From Tricharina praecox (lineage: Eukaryota), in the NCBI RefSeq assembly GCF_024521635.1, contig NW_026250428.1:496001-543749 (forward strand): 47,749 bases of DNA, written 5' to 3'. This document shows, in pieces, positions 22,848-35,427 of this stretch (positions are counted from its first letter, which is position 1; every line of letters starts with the position of its first letter). Under the pieces are notes generated by a model. The model was not told where the DNA came from. It saw only the letters and a program-made list of their open reading frames with translations, and did not search any database. Both the position numbers and the translations under genes were made by a program.

Positions 22848-24110
22848 AGCTATGTAGCTCTGGCAAGCTCTGGCGTAGCTATAATTACTGCAATAGCTGT
22901 CATCGCTGAAATCACTGTAGATATCCCATCAGAGACCGAGACGATCTAGATATTTCCGCTGCGCCTTACCTCTCCAATATCATGCTCGGGAGTCAGTGTA
23001 GAACACCACACCACCGTTTTATTCTCCACCCTCGTATTCTCCACCCTCCACAAGATTTTCCGCAGCGCCCATCCCAGTCCATCTATCTACTCTATTGCCT
23101 CTCTAGACCTTAAAAGTAAACAAAGCCCCACAGTCCGCAGGCCGCAGACTGCAAGCTGCAGCGTCACCCCAGACCTGTCCTCCAGCCCTCCAGTCCTCCA
23201 GTTTCAGTCTTTCAGCTCGCAGCAGTTCACCCAAAACTAAGCGAGCAGGCTGCGTCCCAGTCCCGGCCTCAGTCACGCGCACCCCATCGTACATCCGGCC
23301 TGCATTGACTCTGCATGTGTGCACTGCGTTTGTGTTTTGGATTCAGATTCACCATCACACCGTACGGTAACGTATTCCCTTCCAAATTCCACTGTTCCAT
23401 CCGCACTTGAGAGTTGAGCGACCCACCCACAATTGATCGAGCCCCTCCTTCCTCAACTCCTTCCTCGACCCACCCTTGTTACATACCAGTACAATGTCCC
23501 CCCACTCCCCGCCCGACTCCACTCGCCTGGGGAACGTGCGCAGATCAAAACAACAACAAAAAACCAAAGCGCAATGCTGAAAAACAAACAAACAACAAAC
23601 AAATAAAGCAAAATAGTAACGCGCTTGCCACACACGCATGGGAGCAAAAGCCAAAACAAAAGCCAAAAAAACACACAATCGACACAATCGACACAATCGA
23701 TAAAACTCAAAATCAAAACAAACAAGTAAAACGCCCCCTCCCAAGCCCCCACTCCCCTCCCATGCCACCCCCACCCACCAAAAACTCCCCACTCCGCAGA
23801 AAAAAAACCCCATGGAGAAGAACGTTCCTTCATCATCCCTCCTGGGGGAAAAAACAGAAGAAAGACAGACAGACAGACATACGATTCGGAGGAGGGGGAG
23901 GGGGAGGGGTAAAAATATCTCGGCCGTGAACCAGCCAGCGTAAATAACAAGAACAAGAAGAAGCGAGACAGGCAGAAAACACATGCAACAACCGTGGAGA
24001 AAATGTGGTATACCGAAGGAGATGCAACAAGTACAGAGAAAGAAACGTAAACACCTAGGAGCCAGCTTCACCGATACCCATCACCATCACTGTGTACGGG
24101 GAGAGGGGGG

Positions 24111-26925
24111 TCAATATCCGTCCTCGCTCCTCCACCCATCGTTGCTAACGAGGCCTACACTCTTGACACTACCTTCGTACACACTCTTGACGCTACCCTC
24201 GTAGGCATCCCTGGCACGTTCGCGATAATACGCGGCGCGCGGATCGAGTTCCGTATCGTCGCCGTATTCGCTCTCCTCGCCGAACGTCTCCCAGTTTTCG
24301 CTTCCAGCGCCGCCGTCGGGGGTGCTGATGCTGCTGCTGGAACTCAGGGTGCTCGCGCTGAACTGCCTAGAATCCACTGTTGAGGTCTGACTCGCACGGA
24401 TTGTGGAGGTGTCGTACCCGCCCATGTAGTTATTCTTTGAGTTGGGCCGGTAGGTACCGCCCCGAGGCACCGACCTCGTCTCTTCATGATCCGACACGTC
24501 GCCGTACGTGCGGTACGTGGGCGATTCGTTGAATGGAGAGACGCTGCGGATGCTTCTGCTGCCGCGCGAGGAGCGCGTGTCTTCTTTCTCACGCTGCTGC
24601 TGCTCTTGCTGCTCTTGCTCCAGCTTGAGGCGTTGGTAGGGCGTCATCTGTTTGCACGACTCGGCACGAGACAGATTCGAAGTCTTGGAGAGACCGGTCG
24701 CCTCGTCTTGCTCGAGCTTGTGGCGCTGCCACGGTGTCATCTGTTTGTGCGATTCGGACCGGGAAAGGGGTAACATCTTGGGAGCTGCGCCCAGAATACC
24801 AGCAAACTTCCGTCTGACAGAAGCATTCCTGCCGATGGTCATGGTGCCCGACATCTCCCCCTCCTCCTCGGGATCGGCGATGAAGTTTGAGATGGGTGGT
24901 CGGCCACCACCACCACGTGTGGGCGATGCGGAGGCGTTGCTACTAACGGGGCGAGCGATACCGCCACCCAAACACGGTGTGTTGTTTCCAAGCATCGGTG
25001 TACCGGTACGGCCACTGAACTGCGAAGCAAAGTTCTTGCCGCCGGTCCTTCCTATGGTAGAGGAGTTCCCGCTGTAATTGACGAGCGCCCCACCGGCGGG
25101 TGTCTTCGGTCGCGCACCCGGAGTCTTAGACCTCGGGGGTGGTCGCATCTCCGACGCCGGTTCCTTGAGGTTGGGACGTGACTTCGCTCGCTGTTGACTG
25201 CCGGATACGTTGCTGTAGCTGCTCATGGACGAGGCAGTGTTGGACCGGCCCCTGTTGGCGACAGGAGTCTTGGTCGCAGCTCTGGACTGGGCCACAGGCG
25301 ACATGCGTATCAGCGTCTCGAGATAGTTCTCACCCTTCACGAGGAATGGTTCGCGGTTCTCTTCCTCCCAGATCTCCAATGCCTTCTTGAGCTCCATCTC
25401 GATCCTCGGAAGCTCCTTGGCGATACGTTTCCGCATCTTCTCCTCGCGCAGCAAACGGGTCGGATCGCGGGGGCCACGGGACATGAGTCGCGACGAGTCC
25501 TGAGCTAACAGAGCAAGCTGCTCCTTCTCGTCCATGAGCTCGCGGTACTTATTGACCAGGGAGAGCATCGGTTTGCGATCCTCGTAGAGCAATTCGAGGC
25601 GACGGATCTCCATCTCGTGGGCCTGGAGCAGCGCATCGGTGTAGACATCGGTCTGTGCCGGCGAGAAGTTGAGCATTTCGTCTTCGGAAAAGTAGAGTTT
25701 CTCCCAGAGTTCGTGTAGCGTGTGCCGTGCGTCTTCGACGAAAACGTGCATATGTGCCTTCTTCAGTTCGAGTAATCGGTGGTGTTCATCCTCCAACTAA
25801 AAATCACGTCACCCGTCAGCGCGCGATCACGACAGTCAGGAACGGGTAGATTCTCGCCTCTTGTATCGTTCTCGGATCGAGTCCCCGGTGCTGCGCGAGG
25901 TACAACTTCATGTCGTTCTCGGGCACACCCAGCTTCCCCCAGAGCTCATTAATCTCCCTCTTCAGGTCATCCGTCCTCGCGCGCCTGCGCTCCCTCTCAC
26001 CGACAAGCTTCTCCTTCTTCGACTTCAGTCTCTCGATGTCGTCCCTCGTCAGACCCAGCCTCTCCGGCGCAGCGGTCCCGTACTCGACGATCGTTCTATC
26101 GGTCTGTGCGGAGGGGATTCCCAGCTCGGCATAGAGGTTGATGATGTCCTTAGCGAATGACTCGACGGTCGACACGCGGCGCGTAAACTCTTCGTAAACG
26201 CGATTGAACTCGTGCTCCAGGCGCTCGTAATAGGTGTGCGATAGATCGAAATCGGCGATTGACGCCGAGTCGTTGGTGATTGGAGGAAGCTCGATCTGAA
26301 CTACGGAGGATTCCAGCCGGGAAGCGTATGTGTCAAGCGCATGTACGAGCTCTGCAGTAGTCACGTCAGTCAGTCGCCGATTGGTACTGCGCGCGGGATG
26401 CACAACACAACACAACGCAATGCAACACATGGCAACATACTCTTAACCGAATCATATCTGTCGGCATGTCTCCTCTTGACCGCCTTGTGCCGCTCCTTCA
26501 GTCCCTGCAGACATTTGAGCAGGGGGAGGGTGATCTGATTGTCCTCGTCGTCGTCCTCATCGTACTCATCCTCATCGGCCAAACTCCGCTCCATCTGTCT
26601 AGTCTGCGCCAGGATTTGCTGACACTCCTGCAGCGTTTTCTCCTTCTCCCTTTACGGCCCTCACAATCAGCCACACTCCCACCAGCCCACCGGCCCGCGC
26701 TCCCACCGGCGCTCCTCGCGACGCTCGTCAAAGAAAGAGGGGAACCTACTGCGAAACAACCCTCAACTGCTCGTCCAGCGCAGCGCTGATGGCGGCATAG
26801 ACGGAGTTCTCTCTTTGCTCGCGCTCATAGCGCGCGAGTCCTATCTCGTCAAACAGGCCGTGCAGCGTATCGATGACATTTCCGATCTCGTCCGACAGCT
26901 GGCGCTGATGTGTTTCCACCGCCAT
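24111..26925 (-). CDS. ASE1: Ase1/PRC1/MAP65 spindle-midzone microtubule bundler, ~854 aa, 4 exons
   Basis: Exons 26925-26750, 26649-26441, 26351-25858, 25796-24111. LHGLFDEIG N-terminus, LWEKLYFSEDE, DSSRLMSRGPRDPTRLLREEKMRKRIAKELP conserved MAP65 motif, and a disordered Ser/Pro/Arg-rich tail. Intron 3 is GC-AG. Confidence 0.93.
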
Positions 26926-28726
26926 GTGGAAGGTTGTAAAGTACGCGTTGCGCTTCGTTTGCTCGTTTGCTCGTTTGCTCGTTTGCTCGTTTCTCGTTTC
27001 GCTTGCTGGTGGCGGATGTCGATGTGGTGGTGGAAGTGGAAGCGGTTGTGGATGTGGGCGCGTAAGTGTGGCGTGGACGTAGACGTGGACGGGGTGGCGT
27101 GTGCGCTTTCGTTACGGTCGTGCGTGATTCGTGAATGTTGTTGTTGTGCGTGCTGCGGCTGGGGCTGGCTGGTGTTGTGTTCTGCGGTGCGTGTATGGGT
27201 GTGTGGGGGGGTTGTTCTCGAGTGGAAGCGCGAAGCAGATTCCAGTTATCTGATGGTGCGGGTTTCCAAGGCTACAAAACGAACGTAAGAAAAGAAGAAG
27301 AAGTAGGGAGGAATATAGCAGGGCTTCTTCGCGGGGATGGGGATCGAGAAGAGACCAGCTTTGTGGGAAGTGGGAGGAAAGAAAGGGAAGGAAGGTGGAC
27401 CGAGCGAGAGGAGGAACAAGCGGCGAGTGAGACTAGTTTTAAGTATGGAGCGAGCGAGCGAACTGCGAACGTTGGGGGAGGGTGTGCAAGTGTGCAAGTG
27501 CGTGTGTTTACTATGGGCACAGCCGACACGCCCGTTGCCCTAGCAACCTGTCTGACGGGATGGTGGCGGTTGATTGCGGAGGATGTGTCCGATGGCTGGG
27601 AAGAGGGATCCAAAATTCAAAGAGGGCCAGCGTCGGCGGGGTGCGAGAGAGGGAGGGAGGGGTGGCTACCGAGATGTGAAACACAATAGCCGGCTGCCAA
27701 AGGGCTCGTTCCCAGGCGTGCAGGAAGGACAAAGAAAATACGGAAGGTCAACCAACCGTCAAGGACGAGGGGGAAGGATGGGATGGATCGGTGGAGTAGT
27801 TCGTGCGGGGTGCGATGGACGGAGGAGGGGAGGTCCGATGAATGGATGGAAGGATGATGGGATGGATGGAGGGGAAGAAGCCTTGCTATCGCTGGCTAGC
27901 CCGAGCTGGAGAAGGCGGGCAGTTTCGACTTGCTTTTTGCGATGCAAGCAGATTGGCGATGTCCGCAGTTCTGGGGATGGATATGCTGAATGAGATCATC
28001 CGCTCAAGCTAATGCACAGCTTAAAGAATGCCCGCCGCCTCTGAGAGGTTGTCTGCAGAGGCATCTTCCAAAGACGCATGCGCGGGCACAGGGAACAAGC
28101 ACACCAGCACCACCACAAGTAAGCACAAGTACAAGCACAGGAATCAGCTCCCGGCACGAGACCGAGCCTGAGACAGAACGAGAGACTTCTATTCCCGGGT
28201 CCGGGTTGAGTCATGTCAACAGTCAGGCAGGCCATCAATGATCAGACCGAACCAGCCGTAGTCAACCGTGGAAATCAAAAAAGAGTGCATGCCATGTGTA
28301 GCAAAAACCGCTTAACAGCCAAATATGTCCATGCGGGGAAACAAACGAACCAAACGAACCAAACGAGTGCATGGCATACGATACGATACGATACGAAAAC
28401 CTGCAGATAGAAAGAAACGCGAAATGTCCAATGCATGTGAAAACCATGATAATGAACGAGATGATGAAGCGTGGAGGAAAAAACTCGTTGCCGCAATGCA
28501 CAGGGAAAGGAAAGCCGACCAAGAAACCGATCTCGTTCTCATCCAGTCGACCTCAGAGTCCGGCGATACAGGTTTACTTATAGTCTTGGAAAGCACACGA
28601 AAAAAGAATATTCAAAGCTTAGAAGCCCAGCCTGCGGCGAACTTCAGCCCCACTCCAACCACCACCACCGCCACCACCACCACTACTACTGCCACCACCG
28701 CCCCCGCCATTGCCACTCCGTTGGTA

Positions 28727-30358
28727 CTATCCTTTAGCGACCTTCTCGCCAGTCCCTTTAGGCGAAGGAGAGGGAATCTGTTCCGACTTCCTGCTAACGC
28801 TATCCCTCTTCGACTCGCCCGCATCCGCTTTCGGCTCTGGAGAACCAATGGGCGACGAGTCGACGCCCTCAAACTTCCCGCTCGGATCTAACCGCACAAT
28901 CATACAGCTCAGGTTGTCGGACGACATGCGACTCAACGCGTGGTTGACGAGAATCTTGCTGGCCTCCTGCGGGTCTTTGACGTAGCGGACGAGGTCGACG
29001 GCTTCCTGGTCGGTGCAGACGTCCCATAGCTAATCGGCGCGCGTATACGTCAGTAGCCTTCTGGAATGAAGAGAAAATGAGGCTGGGAGAGTCCTACACC
29101 GTCGCATGCTAGGATGATGAACTCGTCGAGATCGTGCTGGACGACGCTCTCGGTCGTGTATGGATGCCCAGTCACCAACTCCTTCATGTAGCTATCTCCG
29201 AGAGCACGAGTGACAGCCAAAACACCTGTATCGGCGTCAGCATTGCGCTCACCACAGAGCATGAAATAGTAGCCCACCATTGACACGGTTGTTCAAGATC
29301 AAACCACCCGCATTGGCGACTCTCTTTCCCTCATTCTCGTCACTACCCTTATGGTCATAACTCAACCTCAAAGCCTTTCCACCGCGACACAACACGATTC
29401 TTGCGTCTCCGACGTTGGCGGTATAGAGGACACGCTGTCTCTCGGTACGCGTCGCGGGAGGCGTCGGGGATGAGTTCGGTTTTGCGTTCTCGTCGCTTAC
29501 GGCGGCGGTAGTGCTATTCTTCTCGCGGGGTTCCACGGCGGCGGTGGGCAGATGCAAGCCAGGGGCGGCTCTATCCTCCCAGCGCAGCACTGCACACACC
29601 GCTGTGCAACCACTATTCTTTACCGGCAACTTCTCGAGCTGGCCGTCGCAGTTTGTAAACGTCATATCGAGCAGCTCCGGAATGGGCGTATTCGGATGTT
29701 TGCGGATCATCTCCTCGAGCACATGATGCAGCCGGCGTCCGCACCACTCAGCAGCGTAGGTGCCCGCGTGTCCGTCAAAGATGGCGAAGTACCCGTTATC
29801 CGAGTCCTCCTCGGCCGGGCTATCGCCGTCCGGACTGCTCGCGAGGAAGTTGTACAGGAACGAATGCGTGTCCTCCATAGTCCTGCGGCACTTTTTGTTC
29901 TTGTCTTCCGTGACGCCGACGCGAAACGTGGTTCTGGGCCCGGGTCTCGAGTCGCCCGCGGCATTGTTCAGGTAGCCGGGGGATACCAGCTGCACATCTT
30001 GGTCGGTGCTCGGGAGCACGCGGAAGGATTTCTTCTTGTCCTCAGCCGCGATGCTGTTGATGGCGCCGCCGATGGAGTTCTTCGCCGAAGTGATCAGATC
30101 GCGTGCCTTCGACGTCTTCTTCTTGTGGTGGGACGGCTTCTCCTCCTTCTTGTCCTTTTCGCTGCCGACAACGGCCGTGTCGATTGTAGGGGGCTGGGCG
30201 GGCGCGGGAGCGGGAGTCGACGAGCGACGATGCGACGAAGAAGAGGAGGGGGAGCCGACAGAGGACTCGCCGCCCTCCTTACTGTCGGGCGGGGAGCCGG
30301 GCGAGCTGGCGTCGTTGCTGTTACTGGCGTCGTTGATGTTGCCGCCGCTACCAAACAT
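28727..30358 (-). CDS. PTC1: Protein phosphatase 2C, Ptc1 type, ~503 aa, 3 exons
   Basis: Exons 30358-29278, 29225-29098, 29029-28727. PPM motifs [79 protein letters not shown]. Confidence 0.95.
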
Positions 30359-30685
30359 TCTGATCCTGGCGATCACGCCGGCACTGGGACGTCTACACCC
30401 TGCCAGCTTGTCGTAGGTCGTGGGGAGGTTGGTGGCGAGGGGGGAGCAGGACGAGGGTGGGTGAGGTTACGGATTGATTGCCTAAATCAGGGATTGCTGC
30501 GAGGTGTCGGTGATCGAGGGTGTCGGAGGATAAGAAGTAACTTGTACAGTCGGGTTTTGGTGGACGGGATGGCAGATGGAGTTGCGGGGTCGGGGGGTCG
30601 ATGGAAGTCGATGATGGGATGGAAGGAGGGTTGTGTGGAGCGTTTTGGTGTGTTGGGGCGGCGGCTGCTGGGGCGAGGTTCGCTC

Positions 30686-30720
30686 CGTGGTGGTGGTGGT
30701 GGTGGTGGTGGTGGTGGTGG
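30686..30720. repeat. (GTG)n microsatellite upstream of PTC1
   Basis: About 11 perfect units read directly. Confidence 0.85.
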
Positions 30721-33700
30721 CAGAGCTCTGTCACACCCCAGACACGACATACTACTTAACCCATTATTTAAAGGGCCTCGCCGGCCGGATAGACTCGAGC
30801 AGGAATGATGGTTTCCGAACGTCATTCTTCAATAGGCTTTGCGGGACTTGATACAATGTGGCTGGCGCGCCTCCGAGACGTGCCCCTCACTCGAGCCCGC
30901 CACGCGGAGTAGTGGTTCGCTGACGATTAAGCCTGGCACGTCTCGAATCTACACGGGCAATCCTGTAGTAGCTCTGCAGTACTTTGGTCGTTCGTAGTCA
31001 GTCGCAGCGCAAAGACTCGCCAGAACCACTACAACTGCTGGTTGTGAAAACGCCACAAACCCTCCAAAGCTACGGAATACAGATATTTTGCACCGGCGAC
31101 AACGGTTGAGCCTCAGTGCCTCACCGATATTGCCAGCAGCCCGTCGGCCCGAGGGTTGTACATAACTACGCGATCTAGCCGTCCCCGCAATCTCCCGGCT
31201 TCGGGCCGGGTTGGCAGCAGCGATCAGGCCGGCTGCGAATAGCGAGACAAGTCACAAAACAATTTCAAGCTTCAGAAGCTTCAGAACCCTCCCACGCCCT
31301 ACCATGGAAGCGGCCAGGCCAAGCCTTCGCGCAGTCCAGTCCCCCCTCCGAATCCCACGCTCGACTAAATCGAGAATTCCCCAGAGCCAAAGCCAAAGCC
31401 AAAGTCACATCTGTGTTATCGTTCTTGTTCTGGTCGGAAAGGAATGGCTTGGGCCATGGGCGCAGTCGGCGCGTGGTGGCACCGCGCTTTGCGTACAAAG
31501 GTAGGGCATCTGGATTCCGGCGTCTGCACGGTGGCAGGCTTCAGAGTTCAAGGTTCAAAGTTAAGAATTCAAAAGTCTCGACTCTCGAGGCCATTAATAG
31601 CCACACTCCGTTAACGAATCGTGAACGGAGGTTGGACAACGCGCATACATGATACCGGTACCGGTATGTTTGTGGCTGCGAGTGATCGGCAAGCCGGTTT
31701 CTGCGCAGGTGGGGAGTAATTGCTGGGCGCGGAACATCACCACCTCCAGGAAATGCGCGAAGCAGCGACAGTGATACGGACGAGATTAAGGGGTCACGAG
31801 GACCAGTGCTGGTCTGCGAGTACATACTGCTCAAAACTCGCCCTACCCGACGAACCTCCCCCGCCCCGTGCACATATGTACATAGGACGGCGACCACGAC
31901 CACGATGCCCTGTCCCGGCCGGGCGCGGCGCGGTTTCGGCGTCGACGGTCGATCCTGGCTCGTGTTTCGGGCCCAGGATCGCCGCTTTTCAAAATTTTCT
32001 TCACTCTTCGCGCCACCAGGCAGCCCGCCCGTCCGCCGGTCACAGCCGTTGCTTCTCTTCTCCTTCGGACCCGACCCGCCCAACAGCCGTGGGAGACTGG
32101 TCGCGTGCGTATTTATGTAGAGTAGAAAAACGCCCCGCCTGCTCTCAAAAAGGGGCAGTCATCTGGAGTATCTGTATGTAGGGTAAGATGAACGGCACCG
32201 ACGGCGGAGTTTGGTTGGCTGGCTGGTCGCTCCTCTCTCCATCTCTCCACCAGGTCCACCGTCCAGCGCCTTCCTTGTCGAACAGATCCGACGAAGTTCG
32301 AACTAACGAGGTTCCACAACCCTGGCCTGGCGAATTCACCAACTTTGCTGCCTGCGCGTTTCTTAGGCAGTTATCGGTCAGCCTCGCAAACGAAATTAGT
32401 GATGCAACGGGCGGGAAGCGAGCCGCTGGAGCCGGCCGTGGGCAGTGGACACGGGCACGGGCACGGGCACGGGCACCGCCTTCCTTCTCGTGGGTTGTGG
32501 GAGCTGCTTCGTTCATTCATATGTAGGAACCGAGTTCTGTCGACCGAAGTTTCCAGCAGGAATACGGCACCTACGGTCTGGTGATCGATACCGTGTGGCT
32601 TGCGCCTGAAAGTTGGTCTCCTCTCCTCACTGATGGCTGCGCCTCCCTCGCACATTTCACAATCTCACCAGAAGCCATGTCGAATTAGAAACGAAGTTAA
32701 CCTCTAAATACCGGTAACAGACTCTCTTCGAACGACAAGCAATAGAATTGAAAAAGTCAACCCCCAAATTGACCAGTCAATCGAAACCATTGACGACTCA
32801 TGAACGCAGTGACGCAGTCGCCCAATGACCAACGACCCAAAATCCACTCCCCCCAAGCGACTGACCCCAAACTCCATCCCCCACTCCGGCCGCAGGACCA
32901 TTCACGTACATAACCTCGCCCATCAAGTCTGCACCGGGCAGAAACCCAAACTCGAAACCAAGCTCGCCAGCTCCGCTCATATCAGCCAACATAACCGGCC
33001 GGAGCTGCTAATGAAGCTGAACCACGGGCCGCCGCAGATCCTCAAGAGATTGCTGGCCGAGATTTGTGCCGACGATGCCGATCGTATCTGCGTAATAGCC
33101 TATCTTGCACCGAGTCGATGGATCCTCCAGTGCCCGGTTGAATGGTGATCCTGCGAGTGTAGAGTAGGTAGTCACATCCAATGGTAGTTGGCGGTTATTG
33201 CTTCACCTGTGAAGGTAATGCCTCCGAGGACCGTATGCGTGTTAGTAAATGTTCGAACTCGCTGCCGTATGTCATCGAGTGACTATCACGTAACACGGCT
33301 TGGCTCCTTGGTGCTAACCTCTATGGGGCCGGGAGATCATCTTTGTCTTTAGCATCATCAAAGCTTCTCGTTCGGAAACGCCGACGGTTCGTCGCGAAAG
33401 TCTCTCTCTAAACTTCCGACCGAGATATAAGCTTTACGTGTGCCGGAACTCTGCTCTCCCCGCACAGTATTAGAATACGCGAGAGTCAATGGGGTCAACA
33501 GCTCAACAGGTCTTTGTCGATGGGTCAAAGGAACAGGATGTCATACACCGACTGGCTGGGATGGTCTGCGCATAAGCTGGAACATAAGCACACTATTACT
33601 CCACCATCATGGAGTTCCTACAAAATAAGCCTCACACCGGGGGTGAGACCCGCACTCGAGGCAAACTCCGCTGGAGCCTGGCAGGCATATGTACAGATGT

Positions 33701-35427
33701 ATCTATATGCAGTTGAGGCTCAGAAAGATGGTGTGGCAGCGCTGCAGAAGATTTGTCGTCATGTTGCAGGTGGGGAAAGTCCGGGCCAATGTGGTTTCAC
33801 CACTGCTCGCCTCGGGAAGGGAAGGCGAGAGCCATCGGAATGCGCCCCAATCACGTCGTTTTCGTCGCCCCGAGATCAAGAGCGTCCCTAGGAAACCCCA
33901 CGCAGCATACTTATGTAGGTATCTGCTGCGGAAAGAGCATACGCGTCCGACTACATACCGTGGTATCGCGAATCCGATGAGCCCGATTCTGGGCCGCCAA
34001 TGGCCAGCTGGAACGGGTGGTCCTGCGGAACCGCTGGTGAACATGACTTTAGGCTATGATAAGAGGAACAAAGAAGGTTCAGGGGGCGGTAGGTAATATG
34101 TAGCGCGCATGGGGTCCCAGAGGAATCGTCGAAGCCTAGTAGGGAAGTTGGAGATTTGCGCTCTTTGCCAGGTGGAGCAGCTGCTGTCCTGGTGAAGTGA
34201 GGATCGTAGAATCACTTCCCCACTCCCGTACCTATTGGCAACACCTGGCGAGTCCGCGGATAGATGACGGGCGGGGAGGGGTTGCTGCTGTCACGGATTT
34301 CGAGGATCTCTGTGGACGATGCGGGGCGGCGAAGTGAGAGCGGGCGAGAGCCACTAGTGGTCATTGGTGTTGCTTCAATGGTTAGCCTGATTTCTACAAC
34401 TTGAAGATCTCGCCCTGCCATCTACCATTCATCCTCCGCCGTCGGGTTGGTAATTCCTGGCCAGCAGCCATCCACGTCCACCTCCATGTGCAGCTTTTCC
34501 TCGCCCCCCCGCCCCGCCATCTCCATCGCCCCCGCTGCGCCCGCGGACTACCTAGCATAGAGCCCACTGCTCGTCACTGCTCGTCACTGCTCTCTTTCTG
34601 CTGCCAGTAGTTACCCGTTAGTTGCTGCCTTCTACTGCTGCTGCTGCTTGCCGCCTCCACTCAACTATAGCTTCCTCCAGCGAACGTGATCTGACAGGCG
34701 CAGGCCAGAACAGGGCACGTTTCGGGTTTCGTCGTGTTTCGTCTCGCTCCCCTCTCACTCAATCAGCGAAGAAAAGTCCAATCTATCCCGTGCGGAAAAA
34801 TCTACTCGACGAGCCGGCCTCACCTCCGCTACAACTACCGGTTTCGCTGGGTACCTACTAGTAGTTGCCATCTTGCTGTGCAAATCGCGAAGCAATCCAC
34901 GAGGGCGACACGCATCCCGTATAACCACCTTCTTCAAACAAGCCTTCCCCTTTCCCTCCCCCCACCTCCACCACCACCACCACCACCACCACCACTACCA
35001 CCATTACCCCCCTACGCAACATATACCCACAATCCCCAAACTACACCAAGACTCGCTACCTCCACCTTCGTCGTGGTCGCCGCTGCCGGCCCTCCCCCGA
35101 TCACCTCCTGTGTCCGAAGCGAGCCGCTGCTCGTTATTAACCGTGTCCGGCTCTGACAGGGCTCTCCGAGGCGCACGGTGTTAGATTGCACACTCCTTCG
35201 CACAGCAAAAGCAAGGAATAAGTACATACCACGGACGTTCCCCCCGTGGGATCGCACACGACTACCTTCTCCATAATCGAACCGTCGACATTCCTTTACG
35301 GATAACCATCGTGACTCGCTCCACTCGCCTCGTTCCAATAAGCGGCTCTACGCCGTCGCCGCCGCCGGCAACGCCTCATCACCATTCGCATCAGTCCACC
35401 CCCACCCGTACCGAATAGTCGCCGACA

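Noticed and set aside
23355..24071. 238-aa hydrophobic ORF on the minus strand
   Set aside because: Translation of the T/G-rich ASE1 3' UTR; low complexity. The same applies to ORFs in the 3' UTRs at 4600-5500 and 37785-38282.
31194..31210. CCCGGC-TTCGG-GCCGGG hairpin
   Set aside because: Only a 6-7 bp stem in GC-rich DNA; no surrounding tRNA, snRNA or snoRNA features.
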